Made by a program: the position numbers and the translations under genes
From: Dickeya dadantii NCPPB 898
GTDB lineage: Bacteria; Pseudomonadota; Gammaproteobacteria; Enterobacterales; Enterobacteriaceae
NCBI RefSeq assembly: GCF_000406145.1
Contig: NZ_CM001976.1
Span: 3,389,263-3,421,262 of the forward strand
Direction of reading: 5' to 3'
DNA length: 32,000 nt
Part shown: positions 8,357 through 18,653 of the stretch, in pieces
How positions within the stretch are numbered: position 1 is the first letter of the stretch
Layout of the letters: the number at the start of each line of letters is the position of its first letter
Notes under the pieces: generated by a model
Databases searched by the model: none
Told to the model about the DNA's origin: nothing
Seen by the model: only the letters and a program-made list of their open reading frames with translations

Positions 8357-8905
8357 TTATCGTGCGTGAATCGTCGTCAGCAGCAGCGCGGCATGGTCAT
8401 CATCAGGCGTCCAACGCACGTCCGAAGATCGCCACCAGCCGCCCTCCCCGGCAGCCAGTCGGTATGCGCCAGAGCGCCAGTGCCCCGCCAATACGTACGC
8501 CACGCCGTCCGTATCCGGCGTCTGCACCGTCGTGCCATTGACTACCGCTACCTCTGCCCGATAACGACGGCGATCGACCATGATATTGAAGTCCAGACTG
8601 ACGTCGCCGCATAGCTGCGCCGCGATCGCCAGCTCGCCGGCGAAGGTGAACGGCTGATGCAGCGTCAGCCGGTGTCGCCAGCCTTCGCCGCACAGATCCA
8701 CGCCATCGCCGGACAGCAGGGTGATCACCCGGTCCACGCCGGGAAAACAGGAAAAATCGCCATCGCGTTCGATCGTAGCGATACTGGCACGCCAGGCAAA
8801 ATCGCCGTCGGGTTCATCCGACGGTATCCGGCAGATTTCACGGGTTTCACCGCCGCCGTTTTTCCAGCGACTGACCGGCAAGGTATTCAGGCTGAAGATT
8901 TGCAT
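8357..8905 (-). CDS. hutD: HutD family protein
   Basis: MQIFSLNTLPVSRWKNGGGETREI...FSCFPGVDRVITLL matches the HutD family as I recall it. The ATG overlaps the hutF stop (TGATG). Confidence 0.8.
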   Translation of the reverse strand: MQIFSLNTLPVSRWKNGGGETREICRIPSDEPDGDFAWRASIATIERDGDFSCFPGVDRVITLLSGDGVDLCGEGWRHRLTLHQPFTFAGELAIAAQLCGDVSLDFNIMVDRRRYRAEVAVVNGTTVQTPDTDGVAYVLAGHWRSGAYRLAAGEGGWWRSSDVRWTPDDDHAALLLTTIHAR

Positions 8906-10269
8906 CACATCACCGCCTGCAATGTTTTCATGACGTCGATAAACCGGGCGTCGACCTCCTCGTCCAGCGCGTGCCGCCCGTCTTCGATCACCGGTTTGCC
9001 CGCCACCCACACATCGCGGATCTGTTGACGATCGCCGGCAAACAGCCAGCGGTTGAGCAGGCTGTCGTCAGGGAGCGCGCTTAGCAGAGCGTCTTCGCGC
9101 AGCACCAGCCAGTCGGCGCGCCAGCCGGCGCTCAGTTCGCCGACCGGCACCCGGCAGGCCTGTGCGCCGCCCTGTAACGCCTGACGATACAGCAGGCTGC
9201 CGACCGCCGGTTGCTGCGCCGTCGCCACCCGGTTACGACGGCGATCGCGCAGGCGCTGACCGTATTCCAGCCAGCGCAGTTCCTCCACCACATTCAGCGA
9301 CACATGACTGTCGGAACCGATGCCCCAGCGCCCGCCCTGCGCCACGTAACGGTCGAGCGGGAAAATACCGTCGCCCAGATTGGCTTCGGTAGTCGGGCAT
9401 AGTCCGGCCACCGCCAGGCTACCGGCCAGCCGACTCAGTTCCTGTTCATCCAAATGCGTGGCATGCACCAGACACCAGCGGGCATCCACCGCAAACCGGT
9501 TGAACAGCCACTGCACCGGGCGTTCGCCGCTCCAGGCCAGGCAATCGTCCACCTCTTTTTGCTGTTCGGCGATATGGATATGCACCGGCAGGCTGCTGTC
9601 GGTCGCTTCCAGCACATCTTCCATCTGGTTCTGGCTGACCGCGCGCAACGAATGGAAACACAGCCCGTGATTGAGCAACGGATAGGTCTGAATCAGCGCC
9701 GCCAGCGTTTCCTGCTGGCGCAGGTAGTGATCCACATCCTGAATAAACCGCGCCTGCCCCGGCTGCGGCGGCTGCGCGCCGAATCCGCTGTAGCTGTAAA
9801 GCACCGGCAGCAGGGTCTGGCCGATGCCGACCCGCTGCGCCGCCGCCAGCACATGGCGCAACATGTCATGCTGACGGTACGGTTTGCCGTGCGGGTCGTG
9901 GTGCAGATAATGAAATTCCGCCACCTGGCTGTAACCGCCCTTGAGCATATCGATATACAGCCGGGTGGCGATCGCCCCCACCTGCTCCGGCGTCAGATTC
10001 GCGACCATGCGGTACATCAGGTCACGCCAGGTCCAGAAACTGTCCTGCGGGTGACCAGCCACCTCCGCCAGCCCGGCCATCGCGCGCTGAAAAGCGTGCG
10101 AATGCAGGTTGACCACCGTCGGCAGCACAATACCGGTTAGCCGCTGTGCGCCTTCCGGCGCGGCATTCGGCGTGACGGATTGCAAATACCCCAGTTCATC
10201 CACTTCCAGACGCACATTGCGCGCCATTCCCTGCGGCAGCAACGCGCGCGTGGCAAAATAAACGGACAT
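8905..10269 (-). CDS. hutF: Formimidoylglutamate deiminase HutF
   Basis: 454 aa. MSVYFATRALLPQGMARNVRLEV...VNLHSHAFQRAMAGLAEV is close to Pseudomonas HutF. Confidence 0.9.
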   Translation of the reverse strand: MSVYFATRALLPQGMARNVRLEVDELGYLQSVTPNAAPEGAQRLTGIVLPTVVNLHSHAFQRAMAGLAEVAGHPQDSFWTWRDLMYRMVANLTPEQVGAIATRLYIDMLKGGYSQVAEFHYLHHDPHGKPYRQHDMLRHVLAAAQRVGIGQTLLPVLYSYSGFGAQPPQPGQARFIQDVDHYLRQQETLAALIQTYPLLNHGLCFHSLRAVSQNQMEDVLEATDSSLPVHIHIAEQQKEVDDCLAWSGERPVQWLFNRFAVDARWCLVHATHLDEQELSRLAGSLAVAGLCPTTEANLGDGIFPLDRYVAQGGRWGIGSDSHVSLNVVEELRWLEYGQRLRDRRRNRVATAQQPAVGSLLYRQALQGGAQACRVPVGELSAGWRADWLVLREDALLSALPDDSLLNRWLFAGDRQQIRDVWVAGKPVIEDGRHALDEEVDARFIDVMKTLQAVM

Positions 10270-10302
10270 AGCGACATCCTGTTGGTGATCATCGTTGGCA
10301 AT

Positions 10303-10326
10303 ATTGTATAGACATATCTATACACC
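10303..10326. promoter_or_regulatory. Double HutC-type operator (ATTGTATAGACATATCTATACACC) upstream of hutF
   Basis: 8-bp inverted arms TGTATAGA / TCTATACA separated by 4 bp, 34 bp upstream of the hutF ATG. Confidence 0.55.
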
Positions 10327-10479
10327 AAAGTGAGCTACGCATGACATAAGGCTTTTTTATTGCGCATTTTTTATTGTGCATGAGAGAAACCGGTTAACTG
10401 CCGGTACTGTGACGGAGAAAGTGAATAAGAAATTCCTATTCCGTCACAGCTTGCTGAAATCCTGCGGTGGGGCGTATAA

Positions 10480-10493
10480 CTTGTCTATACAAG
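10480..10493. promoter_or_regulatory. HutC-type operator (CTTGTCTATACAAG) upstream of hutI
   Basis: Palindromic arms CTTGT / ACAAG around CTAT, about 107 bp upstream of the hutI ATG. Confidence 0.6.
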
Positions 10494-10599
10494 ACTATAC
10501 CCATCATAATTCGAGTTACAGGTGCGTGGCGTTATTCAACACGCCAGCGTGCCGTCCGGCAAATCGAATTATCTTGGTTATATAACAAGGAAATACAGC

Positions 10600-11814
10600 A
10601 TGACGATAGCCTGTGACAGTTTGTGGCTGGGCGCCGATCTGGTCACCCTGCGCGGCGGCCGCTATCAGGTGATTGAGGATGGCGCGCTGGCCGTTACCGC
10701 CGGGCGCATCGTCTGGCTGGGCGCGCGGCACGCCTTGCCCGCTATCGCGCCGTCGCGCGTCACCGATTTTGGCGGCGGCATCATTACGCCCGGTTTTATC
10801 GACTGCCATACCCATCTGGTGTTCGGCGGCGATCGCAGCGGCGAATTCGAACAACGCCTCAACGGCGTCAGCTATGCCGATATCGCCGCGGCGGGCGGTG
10901 GCATTCTGTCCACCGTCAACGCCACCCGGCAGGCGGATCACGACAGCCTGCTCGCCTCGGCGCTCGCGCGTTTGCGGCCGTTGCTGGCCGAAGGCGTCAC
11001 CACGCTGGAGATCAAGTCCGGCTACGGGCTGGATGTGGACAGCGAGCTGAAAATGCTGCGGGTGATCCGCGAACTGGGGCGGCAACAGCCGGTGCACATC
11101 ATCTCCACCTGTCTGGCCGCCCACGCCATCCCGCCGGAATTCAGGCAGCAGCCGGAAGCGTGGATCGATCTCGTCTGCCACGAACTGTTGCCCGCGGTGG
11201 TCAACGAAGGGCTGGCTGACGCCGTTGACGCCTTCTGCGAACACCTGGCGTTCAGTCCGGCGCAGGTAGAACGGCTGTTTCAGGCGGCGCAAACGCATCA
11301 GTTGCCGGTCAAACTGCATGCCGAACAACTCTCATCGCTGCACGGCAGTGCGCTGGCCGCGCGCTTTCAGGCGCTGTCCGCCGATCATCTGGAATACGCT
11401 ACCGAACAGGACGTGGCGGCGATGGCCGCGGCGGGAACGGTGGCGGTGCTGCTGCCCGGCGCCTATTACCTGCTGCGGGAAACCCAATGCCCACCGGTCG
11501 ACCTGTTCCGCCGCTACGGCGTACCGATGGCGATCGCCAGCGATTGCAACCCCGGCACCTCGCCCGCGCTGTCGCTGCGGTTGATGCTGAACATGGCCTG
11601 CACCCTGTTCCGGCTGACGCCGGAAGAAGCGCTGGCCGGCGTCACGTTGCACGCGGCCCGCGCGCTGGGGCTGGAACAGAGCCACGGCTCGCTGGAAACC
11701 GGCAAGGTGGCGGATTTCGTGCACTGGCCGCTGGCGCGCCCGGCGGAACTGGTTTACTGGCTGGGCGGTCAACTACCCTGCACCACGATTTTTCGCGGAG
11801 AACAACGTCCATGA
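10600..11814 (+). CDS. hutI: Imidazolonepropionase HutI
   Basis: [17 protein letters not shown]...[13 protein letters not shown] is an amidohydrolase-fold HutI. SD AAGGA precedes ATG 10600. Confidence 0.9.
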   Translation: MTIACDSLWLGADLVTLRGGRYQVIEDGALAVTAGRIVWLGARHALPAIAPSRVTDFGGGIITPGFIDCHTHLVFGGDRSGEFEQRLNGVSYADIAAAGGGILSTVNATRQADHDSLLASALARLRPLLAEGVTTLEIKSGYGLDVDSELKMLRVIRELGRQQPVHIISTCLAAHAIPPEFRQQPEAWIDLVCHELLPAVVNEGLADAVDAFCEHLAFSPAQVERLFQAAQTHQLPVKLHAEQLSSLHGSALAARFQALSADHLEYATEQDVAAMAAAGTVAVLLPGAYYLLRETQCPPVDLFRRYGVPMAIASDCNPGTSPALSLRLMLNMACTLFRLTPEEALAGVTLHAARALGLEQSHGSLETGKVADFVHWPLARPAELVYWLGGQLPCTTIFRGEQRP

Positions 11815-12611
11815 CCCCGTTTACGTTTATCGAGGGCGACAGCCCGCTGCTGCTCAGCATTCCCCACGCCGGCACCGACCTGACGCCGGAGGTAGCTGGC
11901 GGGCTCAGCCCCGCCGCGCGTCCACTGTCGGATACCGACTGGCATATCCCGCAGTTGTACGACTTTGCCCGCGAGCTGGGCGCCAGTGTGCTGGCAGCTA
12001 ACTATTCGCGTTTTGTCATCGACCTGAACCGCCCGGCCGACGATCAGCCGCTGTACACCACCGCCACCACCGGCCTGTTCCCGGACGTGCTGTTCGACGG
12101 CACCCCGGCGTTCATTCCCGGCCACGCGCCGTCGGAAGCGGTGCGCGCCGGTTATCTGCGCGATATCTGGCAACCTTATCACCAGACGCTGCAACAGCAG
12201 CTGGCGCGCATCAAACAGCGTTACGGTTATGCGCTGCTGTTCGACGCCCACTCCATCGCTTCGCGTATTCCACGTTTATTTGACGGCCAGTTGCCGGACT
12301 TGAACCTCGGCACCAACGGCGGTCTCAGTTGCGCGCCCGCCATTGAATCGGCGCTGCTGGAAGCCTGCCAGTCGCAATACCGCTGGAGCTGGGTAATAAA
12401 CGGCCGCTTCCGCGGCGGCCATATCACCCGCGCCTACGGTCAGCCGGAGCAGCATCAGCACGCGCTGCAGTTGGAGCTGGCGCAGTGCAACTACATGAGC
12501 GAACAGGCGCCGTTCGCCTGGCAACCGGCCAAGGCACGGGAACTGCAACCGATGCTGGAGCGCATCGTGCACACCTTTATGGACGCAGCGGCCAGGCTGT
12601 ATCAGCGTTGA
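11811..12611 (+). CDS. hutG: N-formylglutamate amidohydrolase HutG (five-step pathway type)
   Basis: [24 protein letters not shown]...FVIDLNRP is the FGase family. ATGA overlap with the hutI stop. Confidence 0.85.
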   Translation: MTPFTFIEGDSPLLLSIPHAGTDLTPEVAGGLSPAARPLSDTDWHIPQLYDFARELGASVLAANYSRFVIDLNRPADDQPLYTTATTGLFPDVLFDGTPAFIPGHAPSEAVRAGYLRDIWQPYHQTLQQQLARIKQRYGYALLFDAHSIASRIPRLFDGQLPDLNLGTNGGLSCAPAIESALLEACQSQYRWSWVINGRFRGGHITRAYGQPEQHQHALQLELAQCNYMSEQAPFAWQPAKARELQPMLERIVHTFMDAAARLYQR

Positions 12612-12622
12612 CCGCCGGTTTA

Positions 12623-14566
12623 TCAGAGAGGCAGGCCGACCCGGACATCGCCGCCATCGGCCACCACAAAGCGATCGACGGTGCCTTTCATGTCGCCGGC
12701 CTGCCTGTCGAGCAACTGACTGGCGGTGGCCGCCTCTGACACCAACGCCGCATTCTGCTGCGTCACCTGTTCCAGCTGATTTAGCGCCAGGTGCACCTGA
12801 TCCACGCCAAGCGACTGCTCCCGCGCCGCGGTGGCGATATCGCTGACAAAATCCCGTACCTGCGACGTGCTGGTCATGATCTGCTTCATGGTTTCGCTGC
12901 TGCGCGAAACCAGCGTAACGCCGGCATGCACCTGGTCAATGCTGGTGGAAATCAGCTCCCTGATGCGCTGCGACTCGCCGGCGCTGCGCTGCGCCAGGTT
13001 GCGTACCTCGGTCGCCACCACGGCAAACCCGCGACCTTGCTCGCCCGCCCGGGCCGCCTCCACCGACGCATTGAGCGCCAGCAGGTTGGTCTGAAACGCG
13101 ATGGCGTCAATCGCCGCGGTGATTTGCGACATCTGCTCGCTGGACTGACGAATCTGCGCCATCGCTTCGCTAGCCTGCAACGTGACCTGATCGGCCGCGC
13201 CAATCTGCGCTTCCATGGTGTTCATCAGTTCCGATGCCTGAGCGGCGTAGTCAGCGGTCTGTTTTACCGCCACGGTAATCTGTTCCATGCTGCTGGCGGT
13301 TTGCACCAGCGATGCCGCCTGTTCGTCGGTCCGCTGCGCCAGATCCTGATTACCTTGTGCGATGTCATTGCTGGCGCGCTCCACTAACCCCGCGCTTTGC
13401 TTAATGGTGCACACCACATGCTCGATATTTTCTAGCGACCGGTTATAAGCCTGATTCAACTGCGACAGTTCATCCTTACCCGGAACATCCAGTCGGCAAG
13501 TCAGGTCATTGCCCATTTCATCAATGGTTTTCAGCGTCGAGGTTAATTGCTGATAGACATTGCGCGCCACCAGCACCGCCAGCAGCAGCGCCAGCGACAA
13601 CGCCGCCACGGCACCGCCCAGATAACCGTACCCGCTCAACCGGGCCTGTCTTTCCAGTGTGTCCGCCCAGCTCAACAAATCGGCCGATGCTGCATCCTCG
13701 ATAGTTTTAAGCTGATCGATACGCTGTGTCTGCTGTGTGAACCACTCGTTGGCGTCAACCCCAAACCCTCCGGTCGCGGCTTTGGCAAATGCGGTATCGC
13801 GCATTTTCAGCGCTGGTTGCGCCGCCGCACTGTTCAGTGAGTCCTGCATCCGCTGGCTGAGCGCGGGCTGGGCGAACTGATTGAAAACATTGGTGTATGC
13901 GTTTTCCATGCCGACCAGTTGACTGAAGCGCTCGTACTGACCCGGCGCAAAACGATCCACGGTGAACACTTCGGACAGCAACGCGCGCATGATGCCGGCC
14001 TGTTCCTTGATATTCAGCACGTTGTAATAGGCCGCCACACGGGTTACCAACCCACCATCCGTTACCAGATGGCTCATGTCGCCCACCAGCGCGATAAGAT
14101 CGCTGACGCTGACGGTGTACCACCCCACCGCTTGCGTCGCAGGCAGCGAAAAGCCGTCAACCTGAGCACGCAGCGAGGAAAGTGTTTGCAAACGTTCCTG
14201 CTGGCGGTTCAGACGCTGCACGATCGCATCCGCCGCCGTCCCGGACAGGGCAAGCGCCGCTTTGCTTTCCCACAGGGCAGATAGCGCTTTGTCGGTTTCA
14301 ACGCGCTGGGTCCGCAGCGGGTCGGCGAACTTCTGCCCCTTGCTGCCGATGAAGCCGGAACTCATGCCGCGCTCGCGCTGCAAGGCGTGGGCGGCATTAC
14401 CGGCCCGCTGCGCCAGCGCCAGCAACTGGGAAAACTGCGCCATGTCCTGCTCCGCCTGACGGCGCTCCAGTAAACCATTGCCGGCAAACCACAGCAGCGC
14501 AATCAATAACGGCATCAATGCCAGCGCAAACTTATAACGAATAGAAAGAGAGGATAATCGAAGCAT
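12623..14566 (-). CDS. Methyl-accepting chemotaxis protein with a periplasmic NIT-like sensor domain
   Basis: The C-terminus has the conserved MCP signalling hairpin ([39 protein letters not shown]). The N-terminal region has [18 protein letters not shown], typical of NIT domains. Start at ATG 14566 with SD AAGGGG. Confidence 0.85.
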   Translation of the reverse strand: MLRLSSLSIRYKFALALMPLLIALLWFAGNGLLERRQAEQDMAQFSQLLALAQRAGNAAHALQRERGMSSGFIGSKGQKFADPLRTQRVETDKALSALWESKAALALSGTAADAIVQRLNRQQERLQTLSSLRAQVDGFSLPATQAVGWYTVSVSDLIALVGDMSHLVTDGGLVTRVAAYYNVLNIKEQAGIMRALLSEVFTVDRFAPGQYERFSQLVGMENAYTNVFNQFAQPALSQRMQDSLNSAAAQPALKMRDTAFAKAATGGFGVDANEWFTQQTQRIDQLKTIEDAASADLLSWADTLERQARLSGYGYLGGAVAALSLALLLAVLVARNVYQQLTSTLKTIDEMGNDLTCRLDVPGKDELSQLNQAYNRSLENIEHVVCTIKQSAGLVERASNDIAQGNQDLAQRTDEQAASLVQTASSMEQITVAVKQTADYAAQASELMNTMEAQIGAADQVTLQASEAMAQIRQSSEQMSQITAAIDAIAFQTNLLALNASVEAARAGEQGRGFAVVATEVRNLAQRSAGESQRIRELISTSIDQVHAGVTLVSRSSETMKQIMTSTSQVRDFVSDIATAAREQSLGVDQVHLALNQLEQVTQQNAALVSEAATASQLLDRQAGDMKGTVDRFVVADGGDVRVGLPL

Positions 14567-14912
14567 GTACCGCCCCTTGTTTGATCCCAGAGAATGCGTT
14601 GATTTCATAACGCCAGAAATAGTCAACATGAGAATTAATGATTCAGTTTTCATCGTCCGTCGACACGGAAACTTTACTCCTCCTAAAGAAGTACATCGGC
14701 CAGAGAGAAACACACCGCAATAATTTGTTCTTATAGATTGATATAGCGCTGCTTTATGCCAGAAAACCGTTAAACCGCGCTCATTCCTGAAACGATAACC
14801 TCATTAGCAAGCCTAGCATCACAATTAATCACCATACAACGCCTGACAGCCCGCGCCGCTTCTGCCAAAATAGGCACATTCCCCCGCATTGAAAATGATG
14901 GATTTTCTGTAC

Positions 14913-15782
14913 ATGGTTGCAAAAATTATTGATGGTAAAACGATTGCGCAGCAGGTGAAAGATGAAGTGGCCGTGCGCGTGAAACAACGACTGGCCGAAG
15001 GTAAACGCGCGCCGGGGTTGGCGGTCGTGCTGGTGGGCGACAACCCCGCCTCGCAGATTTATGTCGCCAGCAAACGCAAAGTGTGCGAGGAAGTCGGTTT
15101 CATTTCCCGCTCCTACGACCTGCCGGCCACTACCACCGAGCCGGAACTGCTGGCATTGATCGACGAGCTGAACGCCGATGCCGCCATCGACGGCATTCTG
15201 GTGCAGTTGCCGTTACCGGCGGGAATCGACAATACCAAGGTCATCGAGCGCATCGCGCCGGACAAGGACGTGGACGGTTTCCATCCGTATAACGTCGGCC
15301 GGCTGTGCCAGCGCGCGCCGCTGCTGCGCCCCTGCACCCCGCGCGGCATCGTTACGCTGCTGGAGCGCTATGACATCAACATGTTCGGCCTGAACGCCGT
15401 GGTAGTGGGCGCATCCAACATCGTTGGCCGCCCGATGAGCATGGAACTGCTGCTGGCGGGCTGCACCACTACCGTCACCCACCGTTTCACCAAAGATCTG
15501 CGTCACCACGTCGAACACGCCGACCTGCTGGTGGTAGCCGTAGGCAAACCGGGGTTCATTCCGGGCGAGTGGATCAAACCGGGCGCTATCGTGATTGACG
15601 TCGGCATCAACCGGCTGGAAAACGGCAAAGTAGTGGGCGACGTGAAGTTTGACGAAGCCGCAGAGCGCGCCGCGTATATTACGCCGGTGCCGGGCGGCGT
15701 AGGGCCGATGACGGTCGCGACGCTCATTCAGAACACCTTGCAGGCCTGCGAGGAATACCACGATACAACGGCACAGGCATAA
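14913..15782 (+). CDS. folD: Bifunctional methylenetetrahydrofolate dehydrogenase/cyclohydrolase FolD
   Basis: [19 protein letters not shown] is near-identical to the E. coli FolD N-terminus. Confidence 0.95.
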   Translation: MVAKIIDGKTIAQQVKDEVAVRVKQRLAEGKRAPGLAVVLVGDNPASQIYVASKRKVCEEVGFISRSYDLPATTTEPELLALIDELNADAAIDGILVQLPLPAGIDNTKVIERIAPDKDVDGFHPYNVGRLCQRAPLLRPCTPRGIVTLLERYDINMFGLNAVVVGASNIVGRPMSMELLLAGCTTTVTHRFTKDLRHHVEHADLLVVAVGKPGFIPGEWIKPGAIVIDVGINRLENGKVVGDVKFDEAAERAAYITPVPGGVGPMTVATLIQNTLQACEEYHDTTAQA

Positions 15783-15788
15783 TCTCCC

Positions 15789-16001
15789 ATGAACGTATTC
15801 CATCTGGACAAACACCCGCACGTGGAACTGTGCGACCTGCTGAAACTGCAAGGCTGGAGCGAAAGCGGCGCCGCCGCCAAACAGGCGATTGCCGCCGGTG
15901 AAGTGACCGTCGACGGTCATACCGAAACCCGCAAGCGCTGCAAAATCGTCGCCGGTCAGGTTGTGCGCTTTGGCGGCGAATCGGTTACCGTTCAGGCTTA
16001 A
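15789..16001 (+). CDS. ybcJ: S4-like RNA-binding protein YbcJ
   Basis: 70 aa. HPHVELCDLLKLQGWSESGAAAK...RKRCKIVAGQ matches E. coli YbcJ. Confidence 0.9.
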   Translation: MNVFHLDKHPHVELCDLLKLQGWSESGAAAKQAIAAGEVTVDGHTETRKRCKIVAGQVVRFGGESVTVQA

Positions 16002-16029
16002 CGCCGAATTCCATAACGGCACACCAACG

Positions 16030-16056
16030 AAAAAGGCCCGGAAACCGGGCCTTTTC
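16030..16056. terminator. Bidirectional Rho-independent terminator (ybcJ / cysS)
   Basis: aaaaa-GGCCCGG-aaa-CCGGGCC-tttt, with an A-run on the left and a T-run on the right. Confidence 0.85.
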
Positions 16057-16087
16057 TATTTGGAGGATGCCATCTGGCGAGCGACGA

Positions 16088-17473
16088 TTACTTACGACGC
16101 CAGATAGTGCCCTGCGGTCCGTCTTCCAGCACGATGCCCATTTCCGTCAGACGGTTGCGCGCCGCATCGGCCAGCGCCCAGTCCTTGGACTGACGGGCAT
16201 CGTTGCGCTGTTTGATCAGCGCTTCGATCTCCTGCACTTCGCCGTCATCGGCCTGCGCGCCGCTTTGCAGAAACAATTCCGGATCCTGTTCCAGCAGCCC
16301 CAGAACACCAGCCAGTCGACGTAACGCCGCCGCCAGGCCGTTGACCGCCACCGCATCTTCCGCTTTCAGGCGGTTAACCTCGCGGGCCATATCGAACAGC
16401 ACCGAGTAAGCTTCCGGCGTATTAAAGTCATCGTCCATCGCATCGCGGAAACGGCTTTCGAATGCATCCCCCCCCGCCGCCGGCGTTGCGGCATCGGTAC
16501 CGCGCAGCGCGGTGTACAGGCGCTCCAGCGAGGCGCGCGCCTGCTTGAGGTTTTCTTCCGTGTAATTCAACTGGCTGCGGTAGTGGCCGGAGATCAGGAA
16601 ATAGCGGATGGTTTCGGCATCGTAGTGCATCAGCACATCGCGCATGGTGAAGAAATTGTTCAGCGACTTGGACATCTTCTCCCGATCCACCATCACCATG
16701 CCGGTATGCATCCAGTAATTCACATACTCGCCGCCGTGCGCGCAGGTAGACTGGGCAATCTCGTTTTCGTGGTGCGGAAACATCAGGTCGGAACCGCCGC
16801 CGTGAATGTCGAAATGCTCGCCCAATTGCTTGCAGTTCATCGCCGAGCACTCAATGTGCCAGCCCGGACGGCCATTGCCCCACGGCGACGGCCAGCTCGG
16901 CTCGCCCGCTTTGGACATTTTCCACAGCACGAAGTCCATCGGGTTGCGTTTCACCTCGGTGATTTCCACCCGCGCCCCGGCCTTCAGTTGTTCCAGATCC
17001 TGACGGGACAGAGCGCCGTAACCCGGCGCGGTATCCACCGAAAACATCACGTCGCCATTATTCGCCACATAGGCGTGACGACGGGCGATCAATTGTTCCA
17101 CCAGCTCAATGATTTCCGCGATGTAGTGCGTCGCACGAGGCTCTTCATCCGGGCGCTGGATATTCAGCGCATCAAAGTCAGTGTGCATTTCGCCGATCAT
17201 ACGATCGGTCAGTTGAGTGATGGTTTCGCCGTTTTCCGTCGCACGTTTGATGATCTTGTCGTCAATATCAGTGATATTGCGCACATATTTTACGTCATAC
17301 CCCAGATAGCGCAGGTAGCGCGCCACCACGTCGAACGCCACGAATGTCCGCCCATGACCGATATGACACAGGTCGTAAACGGTTATCCCGCACACATACA
17401 TGCCAATCTTGCCAGCGTGGATGGGTTTGAATTCCTCTTTTTGACGACTCAGGGTATTAAAGATCTTTAGCAT
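16088..17473 (-). CDS. cysS: Cysteine--tRNA ligase
   Basis: 461 aa. [43 protein letters not shown] (HIGH motif) and [11 protein letters not shown] (KMSKS motif). Confidence 0.97.
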   Translation of the reverse strand: MLKIFNTLSRQKEEFKPIHAGKIGMYVCGITVYDLCHIGHGRTFVAFDVVARYLRYLGYDVKYVRNITDIDDKIIKRATENGETITQLTDRMIGEMHTDFDALNIQRPDEEPRATHYIAEIIELVEQLIARRHAYVANNGDVMFSVDTAPGYGALSRQDLEQLKAGARVEITEVKRNPMDFVLWKMSKAGEPSWPSPWGNGRPGWHIECSAMNCKQLGEHFDIHGGGSDLMFPHHENEIAQSTCAHGGEYVNYWMHTGMVMVDREKMSKSLNNFFTMRDVLMHYDAETIRYFLISGHYRSQLNYTEENLKQARASLERLYTALRGTDAATPAAGGDAFESRFRDAMDDDFNTPEAYSVLFDMAREVNRLKAEDAVAVNGLAAALRRLAGVLGLLEQDPELFLQSGAQADDGEVQEIEALIKQRNDARQSKDWALADAARNRLTEMGIVLEDGPQGTIWRRK

Positions 17474-17575
17474 CAGGGCATTCCAAGGTGTTCACAACAC
17501 AGAGTGTTCGCAGGAGATATGCATCGTTGTCTGCGGTACGCGTAATAAAGTCGGTTTTTTTATCCGGTTTTCGGA

Positions 17576-17728
17576 CTTAGAGCCTATCCCAATAGGCGTA
17601 ATTGGCGCAGCCAGTTTGGACGCGGACAGCACGCAAAAACCAGAGCGTACACGTAGTACGTGAGGATTTCGAGCACTGCCCAAGTCCAAAATGGCAAGTA
17701 AAATAGCCCAATTGGGATAGGCTCTTAG
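17576..17728. repeat. 153-bp MITE-like imperfect palindromic element
   Basis: Perfect 13-bp terminal inverted repeats, AGCCTATCCCAAT (17581-17593) and ATTGGGATAGGCT (17711-17723), flanked by direct CTTAG (17576-17580 and 17724-17728). The interior halves are largely self-complementary around the central palindrome cacgtagtacgtg. Confidence 0.6.
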
Positions 17729-17823
17729 CTGCGTATTGAAACCTGAACCCTGACCTATTGCAAGCGGGGGCGCCGAATATTAGCCATCCCCTACGGTTTA
17801 GCGTCATGGCAGACCTAAAACGC

Positions 17824-17851
17824 ACAAACCCGGCGATATCGCCGGGTTTGT
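17824..17851. terminator. Terminator hairpin downstream of the DoxX gene
   Basis: Perfect 13-bp-arm palindrome acaaacccggcga-ta-tcgccgggtttgt, followed on the minus strand by GCGTTTT. Confidence 0.7.
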
Positions 17852-17893
17852 ATCGCTGCCAACCGCAGCCGAATTTTGCTACCGATACAGCGC

Positions 17894-18316
17894 TTAGCGC
17901 CAGCGTGGGTTGCTCATCACGGAATATTTGCCGCTGCCCAGTAACGCAATCACGATACCGGCAAAGAAGTAGACCGCAACGCCTTCGATTCCCCATGCCC
18001 CTGTTTTATCAAGGGTGAAAATCGCTTCTGGATGCGCCAGCGAGAACGCCGCGATCATGGTGAAGGAGAAGGCCAGCGCGGCAGGACGAGTCAGGATGCC
18101 CAGAATCATCATGACAGGTGTAATCACCTCACCGACAAACACGCCATAGGCGATAAACCCAGGCAGGCCGTGCTCCGCCAGCATTCCCTGAATACCGCCG
18201 ACGCCAGCGATCAGCTTATGAACACCGTGGAACAACATCAAGATACTGAATGACAGTCGCAAAACCAGCTTGCCGCAATCCGGTTTGTCTAACAGCTGAT
18301 TAATCCGGTCCAACAT
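17894..18316 (-). CDS. DoxX family inner-membrane protein
   Basis: 140 aa with four TM segments. LRLSFSILMLFHGVHKL...GLPGFIAYGVFVGEVITP is typical DoxX. Confidence 0.75.
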   Translation of the reverse strand: MLDRINQLLDKPDCGKLVLRLSFSILMLFHGVHKLIAGVGGIQGMLAEHGLPGFIAYGVFVGEVITPVMMILGILTRPAALAFSFTMIAAFSLAHPEAIFTLDKTGAWGIEGVAVYFFAGIVIALLGSGKYSVMSNPRWR

Positions 18317-18455
18317 AATTTACCTACCTGTATGATTATTGAGTGAGCAACGTGTTAACGAGAGTGACTATCAACTACAACAAGGATAAGTTTAGAAAGT
18401 AAAAAAACATATCGAAATGAAACTAGTTATTGATTTAGCGCAATAAAAATATATT

Positions 18456-18500
18456 TCAAATAAATTCAATTAAGTATATAAACTTAATGAGTTTATTTGA
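18456..18500. promoter_or_regulatory. 45-bp AT-rich near-perfect palindrome in the doxX/ppiB divergent region
   Basis: tcaaataaattcaattaagtatataaacttaatgagtttatttga. Outer arms tcaaataaa / tttatttga are perfect; inner arms attaagt / acttaat. Function unknown. Confidence 0.3.
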
Positions 18501-18653
18501 ATCAGATTCCAGGCTCGTTTCCTCATTTCTCCGCCGTCTTCGCCCTGTGCTGACTCAGCCATTCACTTATGTTATAAGAGCGCTCTTGGCGACTTGGCGC
18601 CTCGGTGAATATCTCTCATCATTCTGTGTACTATGGCTAAGTAAGGTTCATCT

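Noticed and set aside
10516-11328. 270-aa minus-strand ORF
   Set aside because: Antisense to hutI, with no motif and a typical GC-rich shadow frame.
15213-16022. 269-aa minus-strand ORF
   Set aside because: Antisense to folD and ybcJ, both of which match E. coli proteins closely.
16583-17470. 295-aa + strand ORF
   Set aside because: Antisense to cysS.
17576-17728. Identification of the palindromic element as ERIC/IRU
   Set aside because: The termini and centre do not match the ERIC consensus as I recall it (GTGAATCCCC... ends, AAGTAAGTGACTGGGGTGAGCG core). It is therefore called only a generic MITE-like element.
17577-17996. 139-aa minus-strand ORF across the cysS-doxX intergenic region
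   Set aside because: It runs through the MITE-like palindrome and the doxX terminator hairpin and overlaps the doxX 3-prime end. It has no SD and no motif.
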